Shown in pieces: positions 30,582 through 40,415 of a stretch of 64,000 nucleotides of DNA (the first letter of the stretch is position 1; each line of letters starts with the position of its first letter). Below the pieces are notes generated by a model. That model ran no database searches, was not told the DNA's origin, and saw nothing but the letters and a program-made list of their open reading frames with translations. A program made the position numbers and the translations under genes. The stretch comes from Giardia intestinalis (Eukaryota), in assembly GCA_000002435.2 (NCBI GenBank), contig CM018789.1. The stretch is one strand, 5' to 3'.

Positions 30582-31475
30582 ATGATACTAACTATTTTAG
30601 CTGTTGATCTTATTAAAATAATGAGGGTCCCCAGATCTCTGTGTGAAGGCCTTGTGGAGGCCATTCCCAAGCGATGCTCCTGGAGAAGATACACGGGGGA
30701 GGATCTCTCCGAACACCAAAAAGAAAGCTTGAAGGCTTACAGTGCCGACCTGAACAGGGTATTTAAACATGCACGACTTCAGATCCTTGAAGGGGAAATG
30801 GCAAAGACGGCCATGACGAGTCCGATAGGGATAGGGGTGATCCGCGGAATCGTTTTCTGCTCTGCTGTAATTGTAAACAAGGACAGCCCGCGACCAGAGG
30901 CCGACATAGAGGCCGGCATGATAGGCCAGCTGTTCATCTTAAAGGCTATTTCACTGGATCTACAGAATGTGTGGATTGGCGCCGTCAACATATTTGGACA
31001 GAGCAAGGTGCTTAAGAAGAACGGACTGATCAACTCTGAGACCGAAAGCGTCGTAGCATTCCTCCCTGTAGGCCACGCCGTGAATCCTGAGTACGGCCAG
31101 ACGCGACGACCTCCATTAGAGAAGTTTCTGGTTTGTCCACCCTCCATACAGAACACCCCTGATGTCCAGACAGTGGCTAACGCCGTTCTTCGTTCGCCAA
31201 GTGCCCTAAATCGCATGCCCTATAAGTTGATTGTCAGGCCGACTGAGGGCATGAACGTTGGAGGACCATCTATCGCCAGCATTCACTTGACGGTGTCCAG
31301 TCCAACGGTGTCTGGAAACTACTTGTCACATTGGTTGGACGCGGGAATCGGAGCAGTGCACGCTCTTTTGGCTCTCCAAACATTAGATATTTGTGCAGAC
31401 AAGGATGCCATAGAAATATCGCATCTGCTTGGAGAGGAGAATGCTATAATCTTGAGGCTACAAGCACATAATTAA
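30582..31475 (+). CDS. Nitroreductase-fold family protein, 297 aa
   Basis: 'CSWRRYTGEDLS' (RRSxRxF-type N-terminal motif), 'AGMIGQLFILKAISLDLQNVWIG' and 'SVVAFLPVGHAVNP' (cf. NfsB 'SLVVVPVGHHSVED'). Confidence 0.55.
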   Translation: MILTILAVDLIKIMRVPRSLCEGLVEAIPKRCSWRRYTGEDLSEHQKESLKAYSADLNRVFKHARLQILEGEMAKTAMTSPIGIGVIRGIVFCSAVIVNKDSPRPEADIEAGMIGQLFILKAISLDLQNVWIGAVNIFGQSKVLKKNGLINSETESVVAFLPVGHAVNPEYGQTRRPPLEKFLVCPPSIQNTPDVQTVANAVLRSPSALNRMPYKLIVRPTEGMNVGGPSIASIHLTVSSPTVSGNYLSHWLDAGIGAVHALLALQTLDICADKDAIEISHLLGEENAIILRLQAHN

Positions 31476-31513
31476 CAGTGAATAGAACTGAGCTTTTTTA
31501 AAATTTGTCAGAC

Positions 31514-32410
31514 ATGGCTGAATCAAATTCTGACCTGCAGGGCGAAGTAGAGCGCCTAACGCGAGAGCTTGCAGCAAAAGATGAGAAAATCCACGAGCTA
31601 GAGCTTACTATTAGTAAGACAGAACCAGATAGAACGTGTGACGCTAGTGATAAATCAGCTTTATGCATCAGCAGAAACCAAGAAGGTGAATATGACGATA
31701 TCCTTGTATCCTCAGATCGGGCTAATTTTTCATCTACTGCGCTAGATGTCGACTCTTCAGCGAAGGGGGAGGCCTGCCTGTCTTCCCAATCCTCTGCTCA
31801 AATACAGAGGATGAAGAAACGCATGATAATGTCAACTGCGAATATAGAGGTCCCAGAAGAGGATTTGCAGCAGTTGCGCAGCATCTGTAAGGACCTCATC
31901 TACAGTAGGATTCAGGGTATGTCGGTGATCTCTCAGGCCTGTGTGCTTTTAGAAGAGTACAAGCAGCTTCTTGCTGCACACATGGTCCACGAAGCAACCA
32001 AGCCCGATGACCACTTGACCAAGTTGAATAGCATACTGGCTTACCAGCAGGCAAGGGTACAGCGGTGTAATGCCCTTCTTATGGACATTGAGCACAGTAT
32101 GGATTCTCTTTGCGAGTCAAAAAGCATGCACTTATCATACCTTGCTCACGGACCTCAGACTCCCCAGTCGCTACCGAGTTCTCACAACAGTTGGAAGCAG
32201 CGAGGGCACTGCAACTATGATTTGGAACATAGTAAAGATCGCAATGTGCGATTTAAAATATCACAACAGTCCAATGTTCCTTCACCAACTGATAATAGGT
32301 GCAAAGAGGTCAAGATAGGATCGGTTTACTTTGCCCTTCCGACCCTGTTTGTCTTAGCAAGCATTTTATTAGTGTTACTTATTTATCTAGTCTCATTCGT
32401 GATCCGTTGA
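31514..32410 (+). CDS. Hypothetical coiled-coil protein with C-terminal transmembrane anchor, 298 aa
   Basis: The track ORF starts at TTG 31505; first ATG is 3 codons later in AT-rich context. Heptads 'EVERLTRELAAKDEKIHELELTI', C-terminal 'VYFALPTLFVLASILLVLLIYLVSFVIR' (tail-anchor-like). Confidence 0.55.
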   Translation: MAESNSDLQGEVERLTRELAAKDEKIHELELTISKTEPDRTCDASDKSALCISRNQEGEYDDILVSSDRANFSSTALDVDSSAKGEACLSSQSSAQIQRMKKRMIMSTANIEVPEEDLQQLRSICKDLIYSRIQGMSVISQACVLLEEYKQLLAAHMVHEATKPDDHLTKLNSILAYQQARVQRCNALLMDIEHSMDSLCESKSMHLSYLAHGPQTPQSLPSSHNSWKQRGHCNYDLEHSKDRNVRFKISQQSNVPSPTDNRCKEVKIGSVYFALPTLFVLASILLVLLIYLVSFVIR

Positions 32411-33541
32411 TTGCATCGGGTCTACTCCCAAATAAATAGCTCCTGAAGACACGGACATTTGCTTTCCCCTTTTCCTTGATCTTTTTTTTGTGCGGCATTG
32501 CTCCAAGAGGAGCCCAGGACGAATAGCGCTTCTAAAACGGGCTGGCCTATCTACCCCGGGGGGCTCAAACCTAATCCCGTTCCCAATTGGTGTTATTTTC
32601 GTTGGAGTGAATAACGCAAGCTTCCACTCGGCGCCAAACACTTGCTGCATGTTGAATCTTCTGCCATAGTCATATGGTCTCTGGAATCCTTTGCTAGTAA
32701 TACCATAGAATGTGCGATAGTCTTGATTCAATTGTCTCTCCACCATTGTCTCATTGGTCAACACAGATGATATAGAGCTACTGAACATGGCAGCAGTCAA
32801 AATACATGAGATCAAAATAAATATAAAGCCTATCGGACACAGTACTATAGCGTACATCTGGATATCATTGTCAAAGAAAAATATTCTTACAAACGCATGT
32901 ATAAACATAGAGAATGACATAATAGAACATATAAAACCAAACATCAGGAACCGAATGAAGTAGCCGAAGTTGTGAAACCCTACACAGGAGCCTATCCAGG
33001 GACAGTGGTGGTCACGTTTCAAAACACACCCCCTGCAAATTTTGCAGTGGTAGGCACGTTCTGTTCGGACCCTATTACATGTTTCACAGTAGCCTTTGTC
33101 TAGCACTTCATCTTCAGACGCTTCATGGCTGCATGTCTCTTTCTCGACATTCAACGCCTTTGGGGCATAGCCCGGAGAGGTGAAGATTGCTTTAAAGTAG
33201 GACGACCCGTAGCAAAAGACGCCATAGAAGAAAACCAACAAGAAAACAGCACGGGTATATGTCCATCCAAAGTGCAATGTGCAGACAATTGGGCACGAGA
33301 AGGTGACAGTCGTAAGAAGAAGATTGAAAGACATTGCAGATGCATGCTCACAAAAGGCTCCACCTTCGCTACGAATGCGCTTCCCCTCCTTCTTCCGTTG
33401 TTCAATTTTCGCTATTCGCACAGCCTGCTTTCCTGCTTCTACCATCTCATAGTATTCTACAACACTTACAGGCTGGGCCTCCTCGGTGCTAACAGGCTCT
33501 ACCCCGTGTGTCTCGAGACTATTTCCATCGGGGACTTTCAT
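32393..33541 (-). CDS. DHHC-type palmitoyltransferase (zDHHC-CRD), 382 aa
   Basis: 'CETCNRVRTERAYHCKICRGCVLKRDHHCPWIGSCVGFHNFGYF' (DHHC-CRD) flanked by multiple TM helices. Its 3' end overlaps the convergent upstream gene by 18 bp. Confidence 0.9.
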   Translation of the reverse strand: MKVPDGNSLETHGVEPVSTEEAQPVSVVEYYEMVEAGKQAVRIAKIEQRKKEGKRIRSEGGAFCEHASAMSFNLLLTTVTFSCPIVCTLHFGWTYTRAVFLLVFFYGVFCYGSSYFKAIFTSPGYAPKALNVEKETCSHEASEDEVLDKGYCETCNRVRTERAYHCKICRGCVLKRDHHCPWIGSCVGFHNFGYFIRFLMFGFICSIMSFSMFIHAFVRIFFFDNDIQMYAIVLCPIGFIFILISCILTAAMFSSSISSVLTNETMVERQLNQDYRTFYGITSKGFQRPYDYGRRFNMQQVFGAEWKLALFTPTKITPIGNGIRFEPPGVDRPARFRSAIRPGLLLEQCRTKKRSRKRGKQMSVSSGAIYLGVDPMQSTDHE

Positions 33542-34035
33542 TATTTTAATTGCATTAGATGAATTGCGAAAAGTGATTGATAAACATCTTATAGGCTTTA
33601 ATCATTAGACGTTTGATTTTTGATAGACATATGTTTACAGTAAAGTTAATCTGGAGTTGACCTGGAGTTGGCCCGGAGTAATGACTGATGCTCTGTAGAC
33701 TCCTCGGAACGTAGAGGCCACTGAGTGAGGCCATTGAATATCTCTTAGGATTTGACAATCTTCGAACTTTCCTACTAGAAGCTTTTCTACTGGAGTTTAT
33801 GCCAATGGTACAAATAGAAGTCGGCATATAGACATGATGCAATTTTCCAGTGTAGGTGTCAAAGTAATGCAGAAAGATATCACGGCAGCAGATGGTAATA
33901 TGGTATAGAAGCTTGGAGGTCTAAACGTTCAAAGGTTGTCAGGCAGGAGGTGGAACCAAAGGGCACACAGACCAGTCTATGACGCTTAGAAGGAGGCCCA
34001 GAAACGTGTTCTATTTATACTCCAGCATTAGAGCA

Positions 34036-34650
34036 CTAATACTGGTAGTTTGGTACATCGTAGTAATCATAGCATAACTGAGGAACAACAGGAAGGCGGC
34101 AGGGAACGGCAACAGGTTCTCTGTAAGTGGTAGTAGACCGGATAAAGAGGTTATCTTGCCTCTGGACAGGAGCGTCTGCTAATCTGTTCTTGAGAATAGC
34201 CGCACTCGTGTATATGATGCCCGATGATGCTGGCCGAGGAGCCATGGTGGATGGCATCTGCGGCACCTGGTAAGGGGTAGCCGACGCAGACCTCTGTGAG
34301 AAAATGGGTTGACTATGCTGTGCATAAGGCAGCGGGTACTGAGGATAGAATTGAGCTGCACCAGAAGTTGGCCTTTTAGGCCTGAAAGCTACGTTAGATT
34401 CTTTGTGCTCAGAGGCTCGGGAAAACTGGTGACTATGATCTTGTTGGTAGTCTACAGGCAATCTAGCCCCGGGAGCATATAGAGGAGGCGGCGGATGAGG
34501 GTGCAGAGTGGCGGCTTCCTTCTGTGTGTTTACAGCCGTCCGGCGGGCGATAGAAAGCTCGTCCAATCCCAGATACAGCTTGGCATCATACTTGGATAGG
34601 TCATCAGTAAACGACTCTAAGTCATTTAAGTAAATTCCCGAAGGGTCCAT
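34036..34650 (-). CDS. Hypothetical proline-rich protein, 204 aa
   Basis: ATG (rev-comp 34648-34650) overlaps the divergent PIG-A ATG by 2 nt (CATG). Contains 'PHPPPPLYAPGARLPVDYQQ', 'FYPQYPLPYAQHSQP'. No domain recognised. Confidence 0.5.
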   Translation of the reverse strand: MDPSGIYLNDLESFTDDLSKYDAKLYLGLDELSIARRTAVNTQKEAATLHPHPPPPLYAPGARLPVDYQQDHSHQFSRASEHKESNVAFRPKRPTSGAAQFYPQYPLPYAQHSQPIFSQRSASATPYQVPQMPSTMAPRPASSGIIYTSAAILKNRLADAPVQRQDNLFIRSTTTYREPVAVPCRLPVVPQLCYDYYDVPNYQY

Positions 34651-36013
34651 GAAAGTCTTGATTATTTCGGATTTTACCTATCCTCAGATAGGAGGTGTCG
34701 AAAAGCACATTCATGACTTGGGAGAAGCACTGGCAAAACACGGCTGCGAGGTGCACATAGCCACAGGAATAAAGCTGTCTGCCCCAATCTCGACACCGCA
34801 GATTACATACCACACCATCCCCGTCTATGGTCTTTCTTGTGGTGTCTCGCTTCCGTGCTACAGCCTAGAAATCCTCTGGCTCAGCAAGCTTCATCGAGAG
34901 CATAGTTTTACTATCGTTCACTGCCACCAAAGCTACTCAGTATTAGCATTAACAGGTCTACTGTGGGCACGTGCTGTGGGACTCCCTGCCATTCTCACCG
35001 AGCACTCTATGGCTCGAGGAGATGTATTCTATGAGATGCTGCTTTCTCCCATCAGACAGTGCTCCCTTGCATTGGCCCATCGGGTGATATGCGTGTCCCG
35101 TGAGTGCGAAGATAACCTGCGGTTGCTCCGCCACATATCCTTCCAGAACCCTGTAGACATAATTCCTAACATAGTTCCTGATAGAACGAGATTGCTATTG
35201 CCAAAGGATATGTTATTTAGTTGCGAGAAGTTCCGGCATTGGCCTCCAAAGCGTCTGAGAATAGCGTTTGTACAACGCCTTGTACAGCGCAAAGGAGCGG
35301 ACCTTATTGGACCCCTGCTCGGGTTGTTAGCAGCAAGTGGCATGGAGGCTGATGTATATGTAGTCGGATCTGGTCCAATGAGTGCACAAGTGAAGAAACT
35401 CCCAATGTATCAAAAGGACATACGACTCCTCGTTCTCGGGCCCCTGCCGAATGAAGAAGTTAGATGCCTTCTATCCACTTGTCACATAGGAGTTATACCA
35501 TCGTACCTTGAGGCTTTCTCGATGGTGCTAGTCGAATCCCTCCAAGAGGCGTGCATACCTGTAGCAAGCTGGGTTGGGGGCACTGATTCTGTATACAAGA
35601 GCATCTCTCCGTGGCTAGCTTCACGTTGCCTTTGCAGCCCCTCCGTACAAGAGCTCTATCAGCGCATCACCAATCTCCAGCATATCCCGCGGAACGCTCT
35701 TCTACAAGAGCTGACGACTGCCTCTGAGATTGCCCGCACGAAGTATACACCAGAAAGTGTCTCAAAGAGGGTATATGGTGTCTATGAAGAAGTTCGCTCC
35801 CAGTCACACCCAACCTGGGTAAGCGGCATTTTGGATATATGTAGGGCGAAAGTGGACTACTTCATATTTAAAGTCTGGTTCCTCGTTGTATTTACCTCAG
35901 TCGCCATCTTTCACAAAGTATACTCAATAACTCAAAGACTTTGGTGCCATGGCAAACAGAGTCAAAACTCAGTTTTGCGTATTCAGGTTGTCCAAGTTCA
36001 TTCTATTGACTGA
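34649..36013 (+). CDS. PIGA: PIG-A/GPI3 homologue: phosphatidylinositol N-acetylglucosaminyltransferase catalytic subunit (GT4), 454 aa
   Basis: 'MKVLIISDFTYPQIGGVEKHIHDLGEALAKHGCEVHIATG' (cf. PIG-A '[35 protein letters not shown]'), GT4 'EAFSMVLVESLQEACIPVAS' region, and C-terminal TM 'VWFLVVFTSVAIF'. Confidence 0.88.
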   Translation: MKVLIISDFTYPQIGGVEKHIHDLGEALAKHGCEVHIATGIKLSAPISTPQITYHTIPVYGLSCGVSLPCYSLEILWLSKLHREHSFTIVHCHQSYSVLALTGLLWARAVGLPAILTEHSMARGDVFYEMLLSPIRQCSLALAHRVICVSRECEDNLRLLRHISFQNPVDIIPNIVPDRTRLLLPKDMLFSCEKFRHWPPKRLRIAFVQRLVQRKGADLIGPLLGLLAASGMEADVYVVGSGPMSAQVKKLPMYQKDIRLLVLGPLPNEEVRCLLSTCHIGVIPSYLEAFSMVLVESLQEACIPVASWVGGTDSVYKSISPWLASRCLCSPSVQELYQRITNLQHIPRNALLQELTTASEIARTKYTPESVSKRVYGVYEEVRSQSHPTWVSGILDICRAKVDYFIFKVWFLVVFTSVAIFHKVYSITQRLWCHGKQSQNSVLRIQVVQVHSID

Positions 36014-36083
36014 GTGTCTAGGTTCCAAAATTAAAAAACGCTATAGGCCAAAATTCAAAAATTCCCTTGAATTTTAAAATATT

Positions 36084-37772
36084 ATGAGTACAGCGCAGCA
36101 GGGCTCTGCGGCCCCCCAGCCAGTATCCATCGTAGAGTCCATTGTAGTCGATGAGAACGGTAAAAAGAAGAAGATCATTCGGAAGGTATATGCAAAAAAG
36201 CCAGGGGCGGAAACATCGGGGACTCAGCAGGTTAGTGTGCCGGGATCCAAGGGCGACCCGCTCTCTCACTCCATGATTGCCAATGCGACGGAGGAAGACA
36301 TCGCTCGTATTGCCCAGTCTCTTATAGATCGCCTGGATGCTCCCAGTGCGCCTGGGACGCCGAATCGCACCACCATGCAGCCCCCGCGCACCTCAACATC
36401 GAGGTCTGGCTCCAGGCAAAATAATAGAATGACATCAATGATGGCCGATCGCCAAGAGAACTCTTTCATGCGCAGCCAGGCGGATGCGTCGGGGTTCTAT
36501 GAGGAGCCAGTGGTCATGGCTCAAACATCGAGGAAGTCTCCATCTCCGCCCCCGGTGCCTGCGAAGTCCCCCAGTGGGGTGGGAGGGTCGACTCCTTCTA
36601 GGTCTCCACGCGGGTCCCAGGTTTCTCAGTTCGGAGGAAAGTCTCCCACTTCCCATCGCTCCCCTGCGGCTAGTCACCGAGACGCTTCTGTCCGCAACCA
36701 ATCCTTCCGTGATCAATCTGTCCGTATGAATGAGAGCATGACCAGGGATCGCCTCGACGAAAGCACAAGGGGGTCTGTCTCTGGGAGACCGAGATCCCGC
36801 GGTGACATGTCCATGAGAACCAAGCAGAGGTCGACGTCTGCCACACCCAACCTTGGCGGGCAGAGCACTATGCGCTCCACTTCTCGTGGTGGTGCTGTGG
36901 GTGCTCCTCAAACTCCTGGGCGCAGTCGCTACGATGACAGCGAGATGTTCACTACGATGACAGCGAACGACCAGGACATGGTCAATCGTCTACGAATACA
37001 GCTTATGAATGAGCGCAAGATGACTGAGAAGTACAAGAAGGACTTGGACCTCTTGACTAACCGTGAAGAATTGGAGAACATGCGCTATCAGATAAATGAA
37101 CTGAGGAAGCAGCTCAAGGAGAAGGACCACGAGCTTTCTTTACTTAAAAAGACCAGCGCCAGCAAGGAGCGCGCCTTCAAACAGGCCTTCGATGCAGACG
37201 CAAACGGACAGACCTCCATTGATCGCTTGAGAAACGAGCTCCAAGGGGCCGAAACGCTGATTACCGGGCTCAGGCGTGAAAAGCAGGCTCTGCAGGAAAA
37301 GAATGATGAGATGGAGCGCCGAGAACGTCGCCTTTTGAAGGTCCTGCCGACCGTGTACTATCGCATCACCGGTCAGCAAAATGGCAACTCAGAGGACCCT
37401 GCCACGCTTATTGAGTTGGTTTACAATCAATTTAATTCGATGGCTATCGATTTGCGCGACTCCCTGCTGGCACGCGACAAGCTTCACCAGAAGGTAGACT
37501 CATTGACCAGTGAGCTGCAGCGATGTGGGAAGGACCTAGAAGTTGCTGTTAAGTCTATTGAAAATAGCAGAAGGCGCAGCGATGGGGAGGTTTCGAAGTA
37601 CAAAGAAACGATATACGACCTTGAGAATCGCATCATGGGCTTCGCTAAGGAGTACGAGAACCTGCTGAAACAGTATAAGTCAAACGTATCCAGTGGTGAC
37701 GCTGTCCTCAATGCTCTCAATACAGGGGACTTCTCTATGATGAACTCCCAGACGGGCGCATATAACTCATAA
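36084..37772 (+). CDS. Hypothetical protein with Ser/Arg-rich disordered N-half and C-terminal coiled coil, 562 aa
   Basis: ATG in AT-rich context ('gaattttaaaatattATG'). Residues 80-280 are S/R/P-rich. C-terminal heptads 'EELENMRYQINELRKQLKEKDHELSLLKK'. Confidence 0.7.
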   Translation: MSTAQQGSAAPQPVSIVESIVVDENGKKKKIIRKVYAKKPGAETSGTQQVSVPGSKGDPLSHSMIANATEEDIARIAQSLIDRLDAPSAPGTPNRTTMQPPRTSTSRSGSRQNNRMTSMMADRQENSFMRSQADASGFYEEPVVMAQTSRKSPSPPPVPAKSPSGVGGSTPSRSPRGSQVSQFGGKSPTSHRSPAASHRDASVRNQSFRDQSVRMNESMTRDRLDESTRGSVSGRPRSRGDMSMRTKQRSTSATPNLGGQSTMRSTSRGGAVGAPQTPGRSRYDDSEMFTTMTANDQDMVNRLRIQLMNERKMTEKYKKDLDLLTNREELENMRYQINELRKQLKEKDHELSLLKKTSASKERAFKQAFDADANGQTSIDRLRNELQGAETLITGLRREKQALQEKNDEMERRERRLLKVLPTVYYRITGQQNGNSEDPATLIELVYNQFNSMAIDLRDSLLARDKLHQKVDSLTSELQRCGKDLEVAVKSIENSRRRSDGEVSKYKETIYDLENRIMGFAKEYENLLKQYKSNVSSGDAVLNALNTGDFSMMNSQTGAYNS

Positions 37773-37852
37773 GGGACAACCAGTTGGTTGCTGCGCTGTG
37801 TGTATTACCGTGTAAACAGCCTTTGGGGGTGAGTGGCGTACCGCCGGACACG

Positions 37853-40408
37853 TCATAGCATCTTCTCTGTTAGAATTCGATGTAGCTCGGCGGATAGCTC
37901 ATCGGGTAGGGCTACTGGAGATGAAAGCAGTTCGAGCAGCAAGACATGGAATTCGGCAGAAAGGCCGGATGTCACAAGAGCCTGAACAATATCAATGCAG
38001 CTATAACAGGTGCTTATCAGAGCGCGGCGGAAAACTCTAAGTGCAGAAGCATCTTCATGCTCCTTTGCAAAGAGAGAAGTATGATCAAGCTTTGTCTCCA
38101 TTAGAGACTGCCGTAGAAATGTGGAAATGGCACCGCAGAGTTGACCATCAAAACGTCCATTGTAAATTGCTGCTCGCAGTAACAGCAAGCTATTGTTAAT
38201 TATATATGATCTAGATGCCAATCTATTAGCAAATTTTTGGAGCTTAGTTTTCCATTTCAGCCCAGCAAAGGACCGTGCCTGGTTCGGGTCGTCCACGTGC
38301 CTTGCAGTGAGACCTGACCGTAAGGACAGTTCTTCTTCTATAAGCAAGCTGAGAGCTGTTAGGACAAACGGGTGTACCATACTGTTTGAAAACAAAGCTA
38401 ATGAAATGCAATGGAAGAGAATGGGCCGTGATGAGCAAAACGTAATAACGATACCGTTGTTGATCATATAGTAGTGTCTATGTAGCAATGAACCCAATAG
38501 CACCATAAGCAACCCAATGGATCTTTGGGTGGGCTCGACCAGAAAGTTATTTGTGATAGACTCCAAGTTTCCAAGGTGCTGACTAGAAAGTGTAAAGTAA
38601 ATATTATCCGGAGAGAGATTGGGATTGGTGCCCAAGTTCAACCGCGGAAGGACAGTAGAAAATATGTAGGTAGAGCATGTCAAAATATTGCAATATATTC
38701 GAGTGTCAATAGCCGAGATTGTCATCCGCAAGGATAAAGATTGTACCGGGTGTTGGCAACCAGTTCTAATAAAGCTGGCAACAAAAGAATCGATCTCATC
38801 AGACAAGATGGAGTACAATAGAAAAAGGCACGCTGGAGAATCGAGGATCAGAGTCTCTCCCACGCCAGTCAGACAGTTATCACATAGAAACAAGTTGTAT
38901 AGTTCTGTGATATGTAACTCGAGTAGCTCTACCAATGCCAGCTTGGTTTTGCCCTGCCATTCGGCACAGTCACTGTACTGGACATCAAGCAGAGAACAGA
39001 TCAACTGCGACGCTATATGCGTATGCTTCCTGATGGCCAGGTCCAGCAAGTGTTGATCAACAAGTGGCGCATGCATCTTGAGATTGCCTAGGAGGTGCTG
39101 CTGATTAAGTAAGTTTGTGCCTGGAGGAAATGCGTGATAATATGCTATTCGGATGGGATCTGATATGAACTTATCTTTAAGTGTCAGGCGTGACTCTGAT
39201 GACTCTTCTATGGCCAAATCATTGGGGGTAAGACGCCACGATGAGCTTAAGATAATATCAAGACCGCGTCTTCGGAGCATGCAGAGCTCCTCCTTCTGGT
39301 ACACTCGCTGGCCTTTGATGGAGCTTGTGTCTGTCATTGGGACTGCGTGCTCGTTGTAAGTGGGAATTCTAGACTGTCCAAAGTTATAGCATGACAGTGA
39401 CGTGATTTGATGAAGATGGTATCCCGTTCTGTTATAGTTTGTGACAGGTGCAGAGGCCGTAGGGTTTGGCACTGCCACACTAACGCAGGTGTGTATGTCG
39501 GGTAGAATATTACAAGCGTAAGAGGCGCCCTTGAGAATAGCAGGGTCTTCATCCCTGAGAGCTGCCAGGGCGGACAAAGGTCTGTTCCCCGACTGGCTAT
39601 CTTGTTCCTCTTCCTTCTCCGGTACAGCTGCTTCATGTAGGTCTGCTGCTATCTCTTCTACATTCAATTTAATATCCGGTTCCTTAAGAGGTCCCACTGA
39701 CTCTTTTCCCTTTTTAGTCTTCGCAAGCTTGGCCTGTCGTCGTTTTTGTGCCACTCTTGGGTCTTCCTCCTCTTCGCGGTCTTCTTGCTCCTCTTGCTCT
39801 TCCTGCTCCTCGATTGGGGATGGTACATCTGCAGTGTTGTCTACCTCATCGAGAAAGTCAAGTGATGCTAGCGAGCGGTCAACTCCAATGTATGGACGAA
39901 GAAATGCGCCTTGCCAAGCAGCGTAGACGAGATAAATGATACGGTTAGACACTGTGTGCGACTTGCTGAGATATACTTGCTCATAGATAAGAACGTATCG
40001 TATGTAGGTGTCTATAAAGGCATTAATGAAACTGGAATTAGTTAAAAGCTCCACATTGTCCCATTTCAGAATGGTAAACAGGTCGGCAAGATTCTTCCGA
40101 GGAGTGACTGGTAGGACGCAAACGTGCTCTAAAACACCTTTAAGTGCGTCATCGTTGAACAGAACGCTGAAGATACCCCCAAGTTGAACTGCAGCATGGA
40201 AGATGGCATAAATGTCGGCGTAATTACCGCCAAGAATGGGCCAATCACTGGTATAAACACCAAGTAAGCTGAAGTTCAGACGAAATAGGTCAGAATAGAA
40301 CTTGGCCTTAGCAGCAGACTGGTCACCGCCTAAACTTTCAGACGCTATTTTCCAAACTGTGGAGGATGCACATCTGTGGCCTTGGAGACTTGTAAAAAGT
40401 TGTTGCAT
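37853..40408 (-). CDS. Hypothetical protein, 851 aa; possible N-terminal ARID/BRIGHT-like domain and acidic E/Q tract
   Basis: N-terminal 'FYSDLFRLNFSLLG...PILGGNYADIYAIFHAAVQLGGIFSV' resembles the ARID helix pattern ('LDLYxLYxxVxxxGGxxxV'). It also has 'EEQEEQEEQEDREEEEDPR'. ATG is 7 bp from the divergent neighbour's ATG. Confidence 0.65.
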   Translation of the reverse strand: MQQLFTSLQGHRCASSTVWKIASESLGGDQSAAKAKFYSDLFRLNFSLLGVYTSDWPILGGNYADIYAIFHAAVQLGGIFSVLFNDDALKGVLEHVCVLPVTPRKNLADLFTILKWDNVELLTNSSFINAFIDTYIRYVLIYEQVYLSKSHTVSNRIIYLVYAAWQGAFLRPYIGVDRSLASLDFLDEVDNTADVPSPIEEQEEQEEQEDREEEEDPRVAQKRRQAKLAKTKKGKESVGPLKEPDIKLNVEEIAADLHEAAVPEKEEEQDSQSGNRPLSALAALRDEDPAILKGASYACNILPDIHTCVSVAVPNPTASAPVTNYNRTGYHLHQITSLSCYNFGQSRIPTYNEHAVPMTDTSSIKGQRVYQKEELCMLRRRGLDIILSSSWRLTPNDLAIEESSESRLTLKDKFISDPIRIAYYHAFPPGTNLLNQQHLLGNLKMHAPLVDQHLLDLAIRKHTHIASQLICSLLDVQYSDCAEWQGKTKLALVELLELHITELYNLFLCDNCLTGVGETLILDSPACLFLLYSILSDEIDSFVASFIRTGCQHPVQSLSLRMTISAIDTRIYCNILTCSTYIFSTVLPRLNLGTNPNLSPDNIYFTLSSQHLGNLESITNNFLVEPTQRSIGLLMVLLGSLLHRHYYMINNGIVITFCSSRPILFHCISLALFSNSMVHPFVLTALSLLIEEELSLRSGLTARHVDDPNQARSFAGLKWKTKLQKFANRLASRSYIINNSLLLLRAAIYNGRFDGQLCGAISTFLRQSLMETKLDHTSLFAKEHEDASALRVFRRALISTCYSCIDIVQALVTSGLSAEFHVLLLELLSSPVALPDELSAELHRILTEKML

Positions 40409-40415
40409 TTTTTAG
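40409..40415. promoter_or_regulatory. 7-bp spacer ('tttttag') between head-to-head ATGs
   Basis: Minus ATG ends at 40408 and plus ATG begins at 40416. Any initiator elements must lie inside the partner coding sequences. Confidence 0.35.

Noticed and set aside
33555-33842. 95-aa minus-strand ORF in the spacer upstream of the DHHC gene
   Set aside because: Starts with TTG, has no AT-rich ATG context or recognisable domain. Kept only as part of the 'long spacer' observation.
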